A stretch of DNA of 24,825 nucleotides from an uncultured Methanosarcinales archaeon. Lineage in GTDB: Archaea > Nanobdellota > Nanobdellia > Woesearchaeales > CAYZNE01. Below are positions 1-9,435 of this stretch, one piece after another; the first letter of the stretch is position 1; each line of letters starts with the position of its first letter. The notes below the pieces were generated by a model. The model worked only from the letters and a program-made list of their open reading frames with translations, was not told the DNA's origin and did not search any database. The position numbers and the translations under genes are program-made. Where the stretch lies: positions 1 to 24,825 of the forward strand of contig CAYZNE010000002.1 in the NCBI GenBank assembly GCA_964478955.1, read 5' to 3'.

Positions 1-1005
1 CTTTTAACTGGTGGTTCTCTTGCTTTAGGAGAGTCTTATATGGATAAATGGTGGGATTGCAAAGCAGTTGATGAACTTATTTATAGAATTCTAAAAGCTG
101 GATTAGATAAAAAAGTTAAAGGTTTAAAAAACCTATTTTGGCTTTTTTTAAAAGCTAAATTAACCAATAGACAAACAAAATCAAGAGCTTTTATTGTTGG
201 TGAAAAGCATTATGATATTGGTAATGATCTTTATAAGTGTATGCTTGATAAAAGAATGAATTATAGTTGTGGTTATTGGAAAAACTCAAAAACACTTGAC
301 AAAGCACAAGAAGCTAAATTAGATTTAATTTGTCAGAAACTAAAATTAAAACCTGGAATGACTGTTTTAGATATTGGTTGTGGTTGGGGTAGTTTTGCAA
401 AATTTGCAGCAGAAAAATATAAAGTTAAAGTTTTAGGTATTACTATTTCTAAAGAGCAGGTAAAGCTTGCAAGAAAATTTTGTAAAGGTTTTGATGTTGA
501 AATTAGGTTGCAGGATTATAGAAATCTTAAACACAAGTTTGATCGTGTTGTATCTATTGGGATGTTTGAACATGTAGGTTACAAGAATTATAATAAGTTT
601 TTTAAGATTGTCAATTCTTGTCTAAAAACAGATGGTTTATTTTTATTACATACTATTGGTACAAGTATTTCAACTATTTCCACTGAACCTTGGACAGATA
701 AATATATTTTTCCAAATGGAATGCTGCCTTCTGCAGTTCAGATTACGAAAACATATGAAGGCATATTTCAACTTGATGATTGGCATAGCTTTGGAGTTTA
801 TTATAATCCTACATTGATGGCTTGGTATAATAATTTTAATAACAATTGGAGCAAGCTTAAAAATAATTATGATAAAAGATTTTTTAGAATGTGGAGCTAT
901 TATTTATTAAGTTCTGCAGGTTCTTTCAGAGCACGACATAACCATGTTTGGCAGATAGTCTTATCTAAACCAGGCTCACAACTTAAATATCAAAGTGTTC
1001 GATAA
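1..1005 (+). CDS. cfa: Cyclopropane-fatty-acyl-phospholipid synthase (SAM-dependent methyltransferase), 5'-truncated by the window edge
   Basis: Frame is open from base 1 (LLTGGSLALGESYMDKWWDC, matching the Cfa GLGESYMDGWW motif), so the true start is upstream of the window, not at 40. Motifs HYDIGNDLY, YSCGYW, LDIGCGWG, QDYR, SIGMFEHVG, YIFPNG. Confidence 0.92.
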   Translation, partial: LLTGGSLALGESYMDKWWDCKAVDELIYRILKAGLDKKVKGLKNLFWLFLKAKLTNRQTKSRAFIVGEKHYDIGNDLYKCMLDKRMNYSCGYWKNSKTLDKAQEAKLDLICQKLKLKPGMTVLDIGCGWGSFAKFAAEKYKVKVLGITISKEQVKLARKFCKGFDVEIRLQDYRNLKHKFDRVVSIGMFEHVGYKNYNKFFKIVNSCLKTDGLFLLHTIGTSISTISTEPWTDKYIFPNGMLPSAVQITKTYEGIFQLDDWHSFGVYYNPTLMAWYNNFNNNWSKLKNNYDKRFFRMWSYYLLSSAGSFRARHNHVWQIVLSKPGSQLKYQSVR

Positions 1006-1044
1006 TATTTAAAAGTTGCTTTGATTTGGGCGCTTTTTAATTAC

Positions 1045-1557
1045 TTATTTCTTAAAATATTTTCTTTCAATTAACTTTAAAATTTCTTGTTTTTTTAGTT
1101 TAGTAGTATTTATTATAAGTTCATCTCCATACAAGGTTTTATCAAGAGAGTTCTTTAGCTTTTGAAACAATGAAGTAGGTACAGGGGTCCCTCTCTTGCT
1201 AGTTCTTTTGCAGGACTCTGTTTTACCAATTAATAATAATATTTTTATTATTTTATATTGGTGTTTTTCAGCTAATTTAACAAACTTATTTATATCTATA
1301 TTATTTATTCTTTTGTCAATTGAACTGAAAACTCCTTCTAAAATTATATTGTATGATTTATTAAGATAATTTTTGAAGCATGAAAATAAATTTTGATTTG
1401 CTAATTTAAATTCTTTTCCTGATACTTCAAAAGGATGATAATCAAAAATAAATGAATCATGTCCAAGCACGACAAATTTATATTTTTTACCAATAGCTTT
1501 GGCTAAGGTTGATTTTCCTGAGCCACTATATCCTCTTATTAGTATTAATTTTGGCAT
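1045..1557 (-). CDS. Small P-loop kinase (AAA_33 / NMP-kinase-like)
   Basis: N-terminal Walker A GYSGSGKST after a hydrophobic strand, D after strand 2 (LGHDSF), IILEGVF, lid arginines (CKRTSKR); 170 aa. Substrate unknown. Confidence 0.75.
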   Translation of the reverse strand: MPKLILIRGYSGSGKSTLAKAIGKKYKFVVLGHDSFIFDYHPFEVSGKEFKLANQNLFSCFKNYLNKSYNIILEGVFSSIDKRINNIDINKFVKLAEKHQYKIIKILLLIGKTESCKRTSKRGTPVPTSLFQKLKNSLDKTLYGDELIINTTKLKKQEILKLIERKYFKK

Positions 1558-1611
1558 ATAAAGCTTACCTTTTTGTTATTTATATATTTTACTAAATATT
1601 ATTAAGAATAA

Positions 1612-1628
1612 CACTCCAAAATGAATTC
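1612..1628 (-). repeat. Degenerate direct copy of the tRNA-Glu(CUC) 3' end
   Basis: Minus strand GAATTCATTTTGGAGTG versus tRNA end GAATCCCGTTTGGAGCA (12/17 identical), directly after hairpin copy 1. Confidence 0.55.
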
Positions 1629-1654
1629 GTACTCAACAGTAAACTGTTGGCACC
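1629..1654 (-). repeat. Bulged-A hairpin element, copy 1
   Basis: Minus strand GGTGC CAACAG TTTA CTGTTG A GTAC. Confidence 0.8.
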
Positions 1655-1689
1655 AAAGGAACTTTGTTTGAATCCCAAAGGATTGTTAA

Positions 1690-1764
1690 TGCTCCAAACG
1701 GGATTCGAACCCGTGTCCTCGGCGCGAGAGGCCGAGATGATTGGCCGGACTACACTATTGGAGC
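1690..1764 (-). tRNA. tRNA-Glu(CUC)
   Basis: Acceptor GCTCCAA/TTGGAGC, anticodon arm TCGGC-CTCTCGC-GCCGA, T-arm ACGGG-TTCGAAT-CCCGT, discriminator A; CCA not encoded. Confidence 0.96.
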
Positions 1765-1772
1765 AAATAGAA

Positions 1773-4256
1773 TTAATCATTATTAACAACTTTTGCAATA
1801 CTTGTTACTTTATCGCCAGCCTTAAGTTTCATAATTCTTAGACCCTGGGTGTTTCTTCCTATAACTGAGATTTGTGAAGCTTGTGTTCTTATTACTTGCC
1901 CTTGTTTGCTCATAATGATTATTTCATTCTGATCATAAACTTGTCTTATTTCTACAACTTTTCCATTTCTTGGACTGCAGATAATATTTCTAACTCCTTT
2001 TCCACCTCTTCTTATGAGTCTATATTCAGGAATACTTGTTCTTTTACCATAACCGTTTTCAGTAATTGTTAGGATTGTAGCATCATCTTTTGCAACAACT
2101 GCACCTATAACTTTATCTTTAACTAATGTTATTGCTCTTACTCCTCTGGCACTTCTTCCTATTGGTCGAGCATCTTTTTCATTAAATCTTACTGCTTGAC
2201 CATTCTTTGTTGCAATCATTATATTTTCTGAGCCTGATGTTTTCAGAACTTTAACTAATTCATCTTCTTGATCTAAACTGATTGCAATAATTCCTCCATT
2301 TCTTGGTCGGCTATAGAGTTTTAATTCTGTTTTTTTAATTATTCCTTTTTCTGTGACCATTGCAAGGTATTCTGATTTACTAAAATCTTTTATTGGGATA
2401 ACTGCACTAATAGAGTCTTCTTGTTTTAGGTTAAGTAAATTTATTATTGCTTTACCTTTGCTTTGTCGTGAAGCTTCAGGTATTTTATATACTTTTAGCC
2501 AATGAACTTTTCCTTTATTTGTGAAACAGAGTAAGTAAGATTTTGTATTTGCAATAAATATATCTTCAATAAAATCTTCTTCTTTTGTTTGCATACCAAT
2601 AACTCCCTTTCCTCCTCTATTTTGGATTTTGTAGTTTTTTATTGGCATTCTTTTTATGTAACCTGAATTTGTTATCATTATTACTTGATCTTCTTCTTCA
2701 ATCATATCTTCAATGTCAACTTCTTCTTCCTGATCTGAAATCTCTGTTCTTCTTTCATCACTGAACTTTTCTATTAATTCTTTTGATTCTTTCTTTATTA
2801 TTTTCTTAATTTCGTTTTCATCAGATAAAATTATTTTTAGTTTTTCTATTAGTGACAGTGCATCTTTTAGATCTGTTTTTATTTTGTTTTGTTCTAAACC
2901 AGTTAGTTTTTGTAATTTTAAATCTAGAATTGCCTGTGCTTGTTTTTCACTTAAATCAAAATTTCTAATTAATCCTTCTCGTGCATCCTTTGCGGTTTTT
3001 GATGATTTAATTAATTTTACAACTGCATCAAGATTGTCTAGTGCAATAACTAGACCTTCTAATAAATGCGCTTTTTCTTCTGCTTTCCTTAGATCAAAAG
3101 TAGTTCTTTTTATTATTACTTCTTTTCTATGATCTATAAACACAGCTAGTGCATCTAGTAATGTTAGAGTTACAGGTTTTTTATCTAGTATTGCAAGAAG
3201 ATTAATACCAAAACTAACTTGTAATCTTGAATGTTTTAGAAGCTGTGCTTCAACAACTTCGTATGATGCATCTCTTTTTAATTCAATAACTACTCTGATA
3301 CCTGTTCTATCAGTTTCATCTCTTATGTCTGAGATGCCTTCAATGACTTTATCTTTAACCCCATTTGCAATTTGGGTTATCATTAATGCTTTGTTAACCA
3401 TGTAAGGTAGTTCTGTGATTATGATTGCGTTCTTATTTCTTACTGTTTCTTGATGGCATTTTCCTTTAATTCTAATAATCCCTCTGCCTTTTGCATAGGC
3501 TGATTGTATACCTGTTCTGCCAATTATTATTCCTCCAGTTGGAAAATCTGGCCCAGGAATGTATTCCATGACTTCAGCAACTGTAAGATCTGGATTATCG
3601 ATTTTTGCAATTATTGCAGAGCAAACTTCTTTTACATTATGGGGTGGAATATTTGTTGCCATTCCAACTGCAATTCCTGAGGAACCATTAACTAATAAGT
3701 TGGGTAGTTTTGCTGGAAGAACTTCAGGTTCTGTTAATGAACCATCAAAGTTCTCTACAAAAGAAACAGTTTCTTTGTTAATATCTTGAAGCAACTCTTC
3801 TGTAATTTTCATCATCTTTGCTTCAGTATATCTCATTGCTGCAGGGCTATCCCCATCTATACTTCCAAAGTTTCCTTGACCATTAACTAAAGGATATCTA
3901 AGAGAAAACTCTTGTGCCATTCTAACTAATGCATCATATACTGATTGATCTCCATGTGGATGATATTTACCAAGAACGTCTCCAACAATTCTTGCAGACT
4001 TTCTAAATTGCTTGTTGTACTGTAATCCAAGGTCATTCATTGCAAAAAGAATTCTTCTATGAACTGGTTTTAACCCATCTTTTGCATTGGGAAGTGCTCT
4101 GCCAATTATAACAGACATAGCATAATCTAAGTATGAAGTTTTCATTTCCTCATCAATTATTTGAGGAATTATTTTGTCATTAGTTTCTGCTAGATTTTCA
4201 TCATTTCTAACATTATTTTCTTCAATATTCTTAGGCATTTTATCGTCGTGCACCAT
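1773..4256 (-). CDS. gyrA: DNA gyrase subunit A
   Basis: [33 protein letters not shown], catalytic AAMRYTE, GyrA-box QNRGGKG, C-terminal pinwheel repeats (RNGG, RSARG, RRGGKG, RNTQG). Confidence 0.97.
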   Translation of the reverse strand: MVHDDKMPKNIEENNVRNDENLAETNDKIIPQIIDEEMKTSYLDYAMSVIIGRALPNAKDGLKPVHRRILFAMNDLGLQYNKQFRKSARIVGDVLGKYHPHGDQSVYDALVRMAQEFSLRYPLVNGQGNFGSIDGDSPAAMRYTEAKMMKITEELLQDINKETVSFVENFDGSLTEPEVLPAKLPNLLVNGSSGIAVGMATNIPPHNVKEVCSAIIAKIDNPDLTVAEVMEYIPGPDFPTGGIIIGRTGIQSAYAKGRGIIRIKGKCHQETVRNKNAIIITELPYMVNKALMITQIANGVKDKVIEGISDIRDETDRTGIRVVIELKRDASYEVVEAQLLKHSRLQVSFGINLLAILDKKPVTLTLLDALAVFIDHRKEVIIKRTTFDLRKAEEKAHLLEGLVIALDNLDAVVKLIKSSKTAKDAREGLIRNFDLSEKQAQAILDLKLQKLTGLEQNKIKTDLKDALSLIEKLKIILSDENEIKKIIKKESKELIEKFSDERRTEISDQEEEVDIEDMIEEEDQVIMITNSGYIKRMPIKNYKIQNRGGKGVIGMQTKEEDFIEDIFIANTKSYLLCFTNKGKVHWLKVYKIPEASRQSKGKAIINLLNLKQEDSISAVIPIKDFSKSEYLAMVTEKGIIKKTELKLYSRPRNGGIIAISLDQEDELVKVLKTSGSENIMIATKNGQAVRFNEKDARPIGRSARGVRAITLVKDKVIGAVVAKDDATILTITENGYGKRTSIPEYRLIRRGGKGVRNIICSPRNGKVVEIRQVYDQNEIIIMSKQGQVIRTQASQISVIGRNTQGLRIMKLKAGDKVTSIAKVVNND

Positions 4257-4337
4257 ACTAAAATAAGAAATAGTTTAGCTTTATAAGTGTTGTGTTTTTT
4301 ATGCTATTTTTACCCTTAAAAAGCCATTAAATTTACT

Positions 4338-7262
4338 CTATTCAATGGTAATATTAACAGGAGTTGGTCCTGCAGATAATACATTTCCATCCCAATTAAT
4401 TTTCCACACTATTATTCTTTGATTTGATGTTTGTGATCTAAGATCTGAGAACTTTTCAAAGTGGGTGGTATATTTACCATCAAAATAAAATAGTCTTGTG
4501 AAAATTGAAGTGCTTAATTCTTTAGAACTAACTACTGCACTATTGCCAATATTAAATATTGAAATATCAACACCACTTGCTGAAGAGTCATAAGTTTTTA
4601 ATTCGTTATTGATTTCAGTTGTAAATGATCTTATACTTACCTTATCTTCACCTACTTTTGTTGTTCCTTTATATATTCCTAATACCCCTTCGCCTTCTTC
4701 TGTAAGTTTATTAAATATATATTTTTCTATAACTAAATCTGCACCATTTTGTGAACCAATTTTTACATTAATATTACAATTAACTGTGTTATTGATGTTT
4801 AAACATGATCCTGTGCCAATATATCCTGGCCAACCACTTATCCAAGTGTTAGCTTCTTTTTCAGTTTGAAGCATATTTATTTCATCAAATAGAACTTCTA
4901 TTTCAGAATCTTCATAATTATGTATTTTTGCAAGATTTGTGAATGAAGAAAAGTCTTTACTTTTTCCATTATAATAAAGATCTGCTTTTTTGAAATCCCA
5001 TAATCCAAAGTGTGCCCAAACTCCTGATTTAGAAACCATATCCCCACTAGTTATATAGTATGCCTCTGGAGGATTGCAGTGTGTTTTTTGTAATATACTA
5101 TTTACTGAACTAGTTTGAAAACCTTTACTCAAGAGAATTTGTTTAGCATCTTCTTTGTTCTCTTGCACGATCTCGTCAAGAATAGCTACGCTTAGTGCAG
5201 GATTATTTAATTCATTATTTAATAATTCAAATGCGTCATTTGATCCACAATGAAGCATTCTAAGTATTCCAACTGTTAAATCTTCATTGCTTGTTACAAG
5301 TGATTTTCCAACCCAATGGGCCATTGGCGTATTCTGAGTTACACCATCAAATGTTACTGCTCTATCTGCAACAGCTTTAAACCAGTGGCCGAAATCCCAC
5401 CAAGAAGTGATTATCGCCTTCTGATCTGATTCTGCTCTTATTTTTGTTAAAGACTCATGCCATGCATCATTCATTTGTGGGATTTCATTTAGTGAAACTA
5501 TGTGTGCAGCACCAAAATAATTTACAAAAATTATTACAACTAAAATAAGAACAATAATTTTTGTTGCAATCTTTGGTATGTCAAATAGAACATGCAACCT
5601 TTTACTTAATTTAATAAATAGTATTCCTATTGTTAACCCAATCATTAATGAGAATGGATTAATCCCCAATAAAACAAATCTTATTCCTCTTACAGAGGCA
5701 AAAATAGTTCCAGCAAAAAGAGCACCTAATAGTGCAGGAAGTAATATACTTGCTCTCTCTTTTCTCTCTTGAAATAAATTAACAAGTATTCCTATTGCAA
5801 CTGTTAGTAAAATTAAGACTATGTAAAAGTTAGGACTTATTTTTGCAATAATAGATTTGCTTGTTAAGATTAAGTATAATATCGCTGATCCAATTAAATA
5901 AGTCCATGTTCTTTTATTGTATACTTTTATTAGTGATAATGGAATTGCGAGTAATGCAAGAAATATCATTGTTTGTCCTAGACTGCTTGAAGCTAGGGCC
6001 TTTGTTATTCCTGTTAGACTCTGTGTGTTTAACTCTGCAACTGTTGTATAAACATTAGGCCACAATGTCGAATGAACTGCATTCTGTAATCCTGCAGATC
6101 GCGTTACAGATGTTAGTGTAGAAATTACTACTTTGTAACTCATAAATATAATTGTTACTAATAAATAAACTGCAAATATTATTAGATTTGATCTAATAAT
6201 TCTTGAATGAAACAATTTGATATGTTTTTTCTTTGATTCTTTAGAATCTATTAGTATTTTTATTATTTGGTAAATTATCATTCCAATTAATACTGCAATT
6301 AAGATATCGAATGAGAAGTACCATCCTCCTCCCCAAGTTTTATAGAATATCCATGTTGCAACTCCTGCTAGCGCTGCAAATAAACCTTTTTTCTGATAGC
6401 TTCTTGCAGAAAACGCTTCTATAATAAACCAAAAGATGAACAAGGGCATTGTTATACCATATGCATCTGTATCTACAAATCCTGCAGGAGTTCTACCTAA
6501 TAAGTATGGGTGTATTCCTACAAGCATTGCTGCAACAAATCCACCTACAATTCCTGCATATTTTTTAATAATAAAAAATGCAGGTATAAGCCCTAATAAT
6601 ATGATTAGTGCAGGAATAAGATATATTGAGTTTAATAAGGGTGTTCCTGGTTTGAAAAAGTTAGAGATTTTATATGTCCAGAAAAGAATTAATGTGTGTC
6701 CATCAAGTGTCATTTCTCTTCCTTTTGGCGCAACTTCATGTGTGTTCCAGCATACGTCTTCTTTTATCTCATCGCAAACTGTTCCATCTTCAATTAAGTT
6801 TGTTGCTTTTAGAGAATAATAATAAGGATCAATTGCAAGCAGGTAAGTTTGATTATTTTCATCTTGAAAATCTTCCCTGTATTGTGCTGCCAAACTTTTT
6901 TGAGATGATTCTATATTATTTTTTTCTGTTTGATAAACTTCTGCAAATCGTTTATTTATGAGATCTTCTTTATTTACTTCTGGAAGGTTAGGATATTCTG
7001 AGTCTACTTGCGTTTTTATTTGTGATTTATAATAACTAATAACTGAGCTTTCTGCCCAGTCTTCTGTTTTAGGTAGTGTTTCAGTGTATGTTCTAAAGTA
7101 AATTGAACAAATCATTGTAACTAAAATTAAGAGTATTATAAGGGTAGTTTTGTTGAATATTTTTTTGTTAGAAAAAAAGTCTTTGGCCTTAATACCAAAT
7201 TCTTTTATATTAAGATTTGTTTCTATAGTATCTTCAGTATCATGTTTTTTGTCTTCATCCAT
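4338..7262 (-). CDS. aglB: Oligosaccharyltransferase AglB (STT3 family)
   Basis: DPYY, DTD, TVAEL, many TM helices, signature SWWDFGHW, downstream DMVSK (DK motif). Confidence 0.95.
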   Translation of the reverse strand: MDEDKKHDTEDTIETNLNIKEFGIKAKDFFSNKKIFNKTTLIILLILVTMICSIYFRTYTETLPKTEDWAESSVISYYKSQIKTQVDSEYPNLPEVNKEDLINKRFAEVYQTEKNNIESSQKSLAAQYREDFQDENNQTYLLAIDPYYYSLKATNLIEDGTVCDEIKEDVCWNTHEVAPKGREMTLDGHTLILFWTYKISNFFKPGTPLLNSIYLIPALIILLGLIPAFFIIKKYAGIVGGFVAAMLVGIHPYLLGRTPAGFVDTDAYGITMPLFIFWFIIEAFSARSYQKKGLFAALAGVATWIFYKTWGGGWYFSFDILIAVLIGMIIYQIIKILIDSKESKKKHIKLFHSRIIRSNLIIFAVYLLVTIIFMSYKVVISTLTSVTRSAGLQNAVHSTLWPNVYTTVAELNTQSLTGITKALASSSLGQTMIFLALLAIPLSLIKVYNKRTWTYLIGSAILYLILTSKSIIAKISPNFYIVLILLTVAIGILVNLFQERKERASILLPALLGALFAGTIFASVRGIRFVLLGINPFSLMIGLTIGILFIKLSKRLHVLFDIPKIATKIIVLILVVIIFVNYFGAAHIVSLNEIPQMNDAWHESLTKIRAESDQKAIITSWWDFGHWFKAVADRAVTFDGVTQNTPMAHWVGKSLVTSNEDLTVGILRMLHCGSNDAFELLNNELNNPALSVAILDEIVQENKEDAKQILLSKGFQTSSVNSILQKTHCNPPEAYYITSGDMVSKSGVWAHFGLWDFKKADLYYNGKSKDFSSFTNLAKIHNYEDSEIEVLFDEINMLQTEKEANTWISGWPGYIGTGSCLNINNTVNCNINVKIGSQNGADLVIEKYIFNKLTEEGEGVLGIYKGTTKVGEDKVSIRSFTTEINNELKTYDSSASGVDISIFNIGNSAVVSSKELSTSIFTRLFYFDGKYTTHFEKFSDLRSQTSNQRIIVWKINWDGNVLSAGPTPVNITIE

Positions 7263-7550
7263 TAAAATACCCCTTAGACCTGTTTATTAGTATTATTAGT
7301 ATTTGAAAATACTCTATTTTTTTATAAATGTTTCATTTATGTAGGTTGTATTTTAGTTGTTTTATAATAGGTATTTAAATGGATTTTCTTCAAATTCTGA
7401 TTTGTAGTCACTCTAAAATAGAAATATTTAAATATGATACTGAATACTTAGGTTTAAATAGTTAAATTTAGTAAATTTTCTGGAAAAAAGGGGCGGGATA
7501 GTAGTAAATAAATCATACTTATGATATATTTAACACTTGAGGGGATTCAA

Positions 7551-8768
7551 ATGAAAAAGATAAATAAAATAGGAATTTTAGCATTTTTGATAATTGCAAC
7601 TTTACTTCTTTCTGCTTGCAGTTTGACTTACGTACCTGATAATAAATCTGCATTTGATATGGATTCAGGATTGCTTGGTGATAGAAGTGAAATAATGTTT
7701 GATGATGATTCTGTGTTGGTTGATGATGATCGAGAATTAATAAATTATGCAGATGAAGAAATAAATGAATCAGATGTTGCTATGACTGTTTCTGCAGTTG
7801 AGGGAGATCTTATTGATCTTCAACCAAAAGCAGTTGATCCTGATGATGATTTAATTGAATATACTTTTACTAATCCATTTAATGAAGTTGGTTTATGGCA
7901 AACACAAGATGGAGATATTGGAAGGTATCTTATTACTATAAGTGCAACAGATGGTGATCTAGTAATAAAAGAATATGTTCTAGTAATTGTGTATCCTAGA
8001 AACAAAGCCCCTGTTGTTGAATGTCAAGAAGAAATGGTTGTTTTTGAAACTGATACAGTAAGTTTAAATTGTAATTTCTATGATTTAGAAAATGATATCT
8101 TTTCATTATCTTACTCTGGTTGGATGACTTCTGATGAATATACTACAACTTATGATGATGCAGGTGAATACACTGTTATTGTATCTGCAGAAGATAGTGA
8201 GAATAATACTATTCAAAAAGAAGTAAAAATTATTGTGAAAAATAAAAACAGACTTCCTATCTTAAGTGGTGTTGAAGATATCTATGCAATGGAAACAGAG
8301 ATTATTGTTCTAAGTGTAGGTGCTGTGGATGCAGATAGTGATAATTTTATTATGAGTTTTGGAGCACCATTTGATGAAGATGGTGTTTGGGTTACTGCAG
8401 ATGGAGATAATGGTGATTATGTATCTTATGTTCAAGTAACTGATGGAACAGATACTGTAACAGAAAGTTTTAATATTTATGTTGAACACATAAATACAAT
8501 ACCCCATCTTGCACCAATTGAAGACATTGAAGTAACTGAAGGAGATGTTGTTCTAATAGAAACTACTATTAGTGATGCTGAAGATGATGAACTAACTGTA
8601 ACATTTTCTGGTTGGATGACTTCTGAAGTATATGCAACTACTTATGATGATGCTGGAGAACACTATGTTAAAGTCACTGTTAGTGATGGTCAACTGGAGA
8701 TTTCACAAAATGTGAAAGTAACTGTTAGTAATTTAAATAGACCTCCTGTGTTTATTGTTCCAGGATAA
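7551..8768 (+). CDS. Secreted acidic lipoprotein with tandem Ig/cadherin-like domains
   Basis: Likely start ATG 7551 after GAGGGG. Basic N-terminus, hydrophobic core, lipobox-like LLLSAC. Repeated DxDxD turns and NxxP domain starts; internal duplication SGWMTSDEYTTTYDDAGEY / SGWMTSEVYATTYDDAGEH. Confidence 0.8.
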   Translation: MKKINKIGILAFLIIATLLLSACSLTYVPDNKSAFDMDSGLLGDRSEIMFDDDSVLVDDDRELINYADEEINESDVAMTVSAVEGDLIDLQPKAVDPDDDLIEYTFTNPFNEVGLWQTQDGDIGRYLITISATDGDLVIKEYVLVIVYPRNKAPVVECQEEMVVFETDTVSLNCNFYDLENDIFSLSYSGWMTSDEYTTTYDDAGEYTVIVSAEDSENNTIQKEVKIIVKNKNRLPILSGVEDIYAMETEIIVLSVGAVDADSDNFIMSFGAPFDEDGVWVTADGDNGDYVSYVQVTDGTDTVTESFNIYVEHINTIPHLAPIEDIEVTEGDVVLIETTISDAEDDELTVTFSGWMTSEVYATTYDDAGEHYVKVTVSDGQLEISQNVKVTVSNLNRPPVFIVPG

Positions 8769-8779
8769 TTCCGGTTAAC

Positions 8780-8808
8780 GGTGCCAATAACTAATAGTTA
8801 TTGAGTAT
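8780..8808 (+). repeat. Bulged-A hairpin element, copy 2 (followed by T tract; may also act as terminator)
   Basis: GGTGC CAATAACTA A TAGTTATTG A GTAT, starting 12 nt after the 8768 stop. Confidence 0.8.
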
Positions 8809-8826
8809 TTTTTTATTTGATTAAAC

Positions 8827-8854
8827 ATGCCAATAACTAAATGTTATTGAGCAT
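8827..8854 (+). repeat. Bulged-A hairpin element, copy 3
   Basis: ATGC CAATAAC TAAAT GTTATTG A GCAT, followed by a T tract. Confidence 0.8.
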
Positions 8855-8879
8855 TTTTTTAAAACATAAAGGTGAAAAC

Positions 8880-9275
8880 ATGAACAGAAAAACAAGTTTG
8901 TTAATAATATTATTATTAATAATAATACTTTTAGGAATACTTAATTTGATGTGGCTTACAGATATAAAAGATTTTGATTCTGAGTTTAATAGAGAATCTT
9001 CTGTTCCTAAGTTATCAAATCAAGTTGTAAGAACAGTTTATATGACTCAACATCAAGATAGACTTTACCCTGAAACAATTACTGCAAATAAAGGTGAGTT
9101 TTTAATACTTAGTTTTGCAGATAAGAATGCAACAACTTTAGAAATACCAGGTTATGATTTTACTCAGACAGTTAAACTTTATAATTTTGAACTATTTTTA
9201 GCTAATAAAGGAACATTTGAGATATATTGTCATAATTGTCCTGATAAATCTCCTGCAGTCTTGATTGTTGAATAA
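8880..9275 (+). CDS. Membrane-anchored cupredoxin-like domain protein
   Basis: Start ATG 8880 after GGTGA (the track start at 8841 lies inside hairpin copy 3). One N-terminal TM helix; PETITANKGE and GTFEIYCHNC resemble Cupredoxin_1 strands and the C-terminal Cys/His loop. Confidence 0.65.
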   Translation: MNRKTSLLIILLLIIILLGILNLMWLTDIKDFDSEFNRESSVPKLSNQVVRTVYMTQHQDRLYPETITANKGEFLILSFADKNATTLEIPGYDFTQTVKLYNFELFLANKGTFEIYCHNCPDKSPAVLIVE

Positions 9276-9286
9276 CCTGGTTAAAC

Positions 9287-9319
9287 GGTGCCAATAAAGT
9301 TTTTATCTTTATTGAGCAT
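9287..9319 (+). repeat. Bulged-A hairpin element, copy 4
   Basis: GGTGC CAATAAAG TTTTTAT CTTTATTG A GCAT, starting 12 nt after the 9275 stop. Confidence 0.8.
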
Positions 9320-9333
9320 TATTTTTTTATTTT

Positions 9334-9389
9334 TTGCAAGAAAGTTTACGAATACTTTAACTTTTAAGTTAAAGATGCGTTTCTTGCAA
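9334..9389. repeat. Nested inverted repeat / long imperfect hairpin
   Basis: TTGCAAGAAA...TTTCTTGCAA (10 bp) enclosing CTTTAACT-TTTA-AGTTAAAG (8 bp). Confidence 0.65.
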
Positions 9390-9435
9390 GTTCAAAAGTT
9401 TGGTTTTCAAATTTTTGTTATTTTCTTCTTTTCTT

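Noticed and set aside
1592-1841. ORFs 1592..1798 (-) and 1647..1841 (+)
   Set aside because: They overlap tRNA-Glu(CUC) and its trailer; no protein-like motifs.
8841-8879. Track start of the cupredoxin-like gene at 8841
   Set aside because: ATG lies inside hairpin copy 3; ATG 8880 has a GGTGA site and gives a normal signal anchor.
8780-9319. Canonical integron attC sites
   Set aside because: Elements are 26-33 bp, below attC size, lack consistent RYYYAAC/GTTRRRY boxes and L boxes, and no intI is present; kept only as an analogy.
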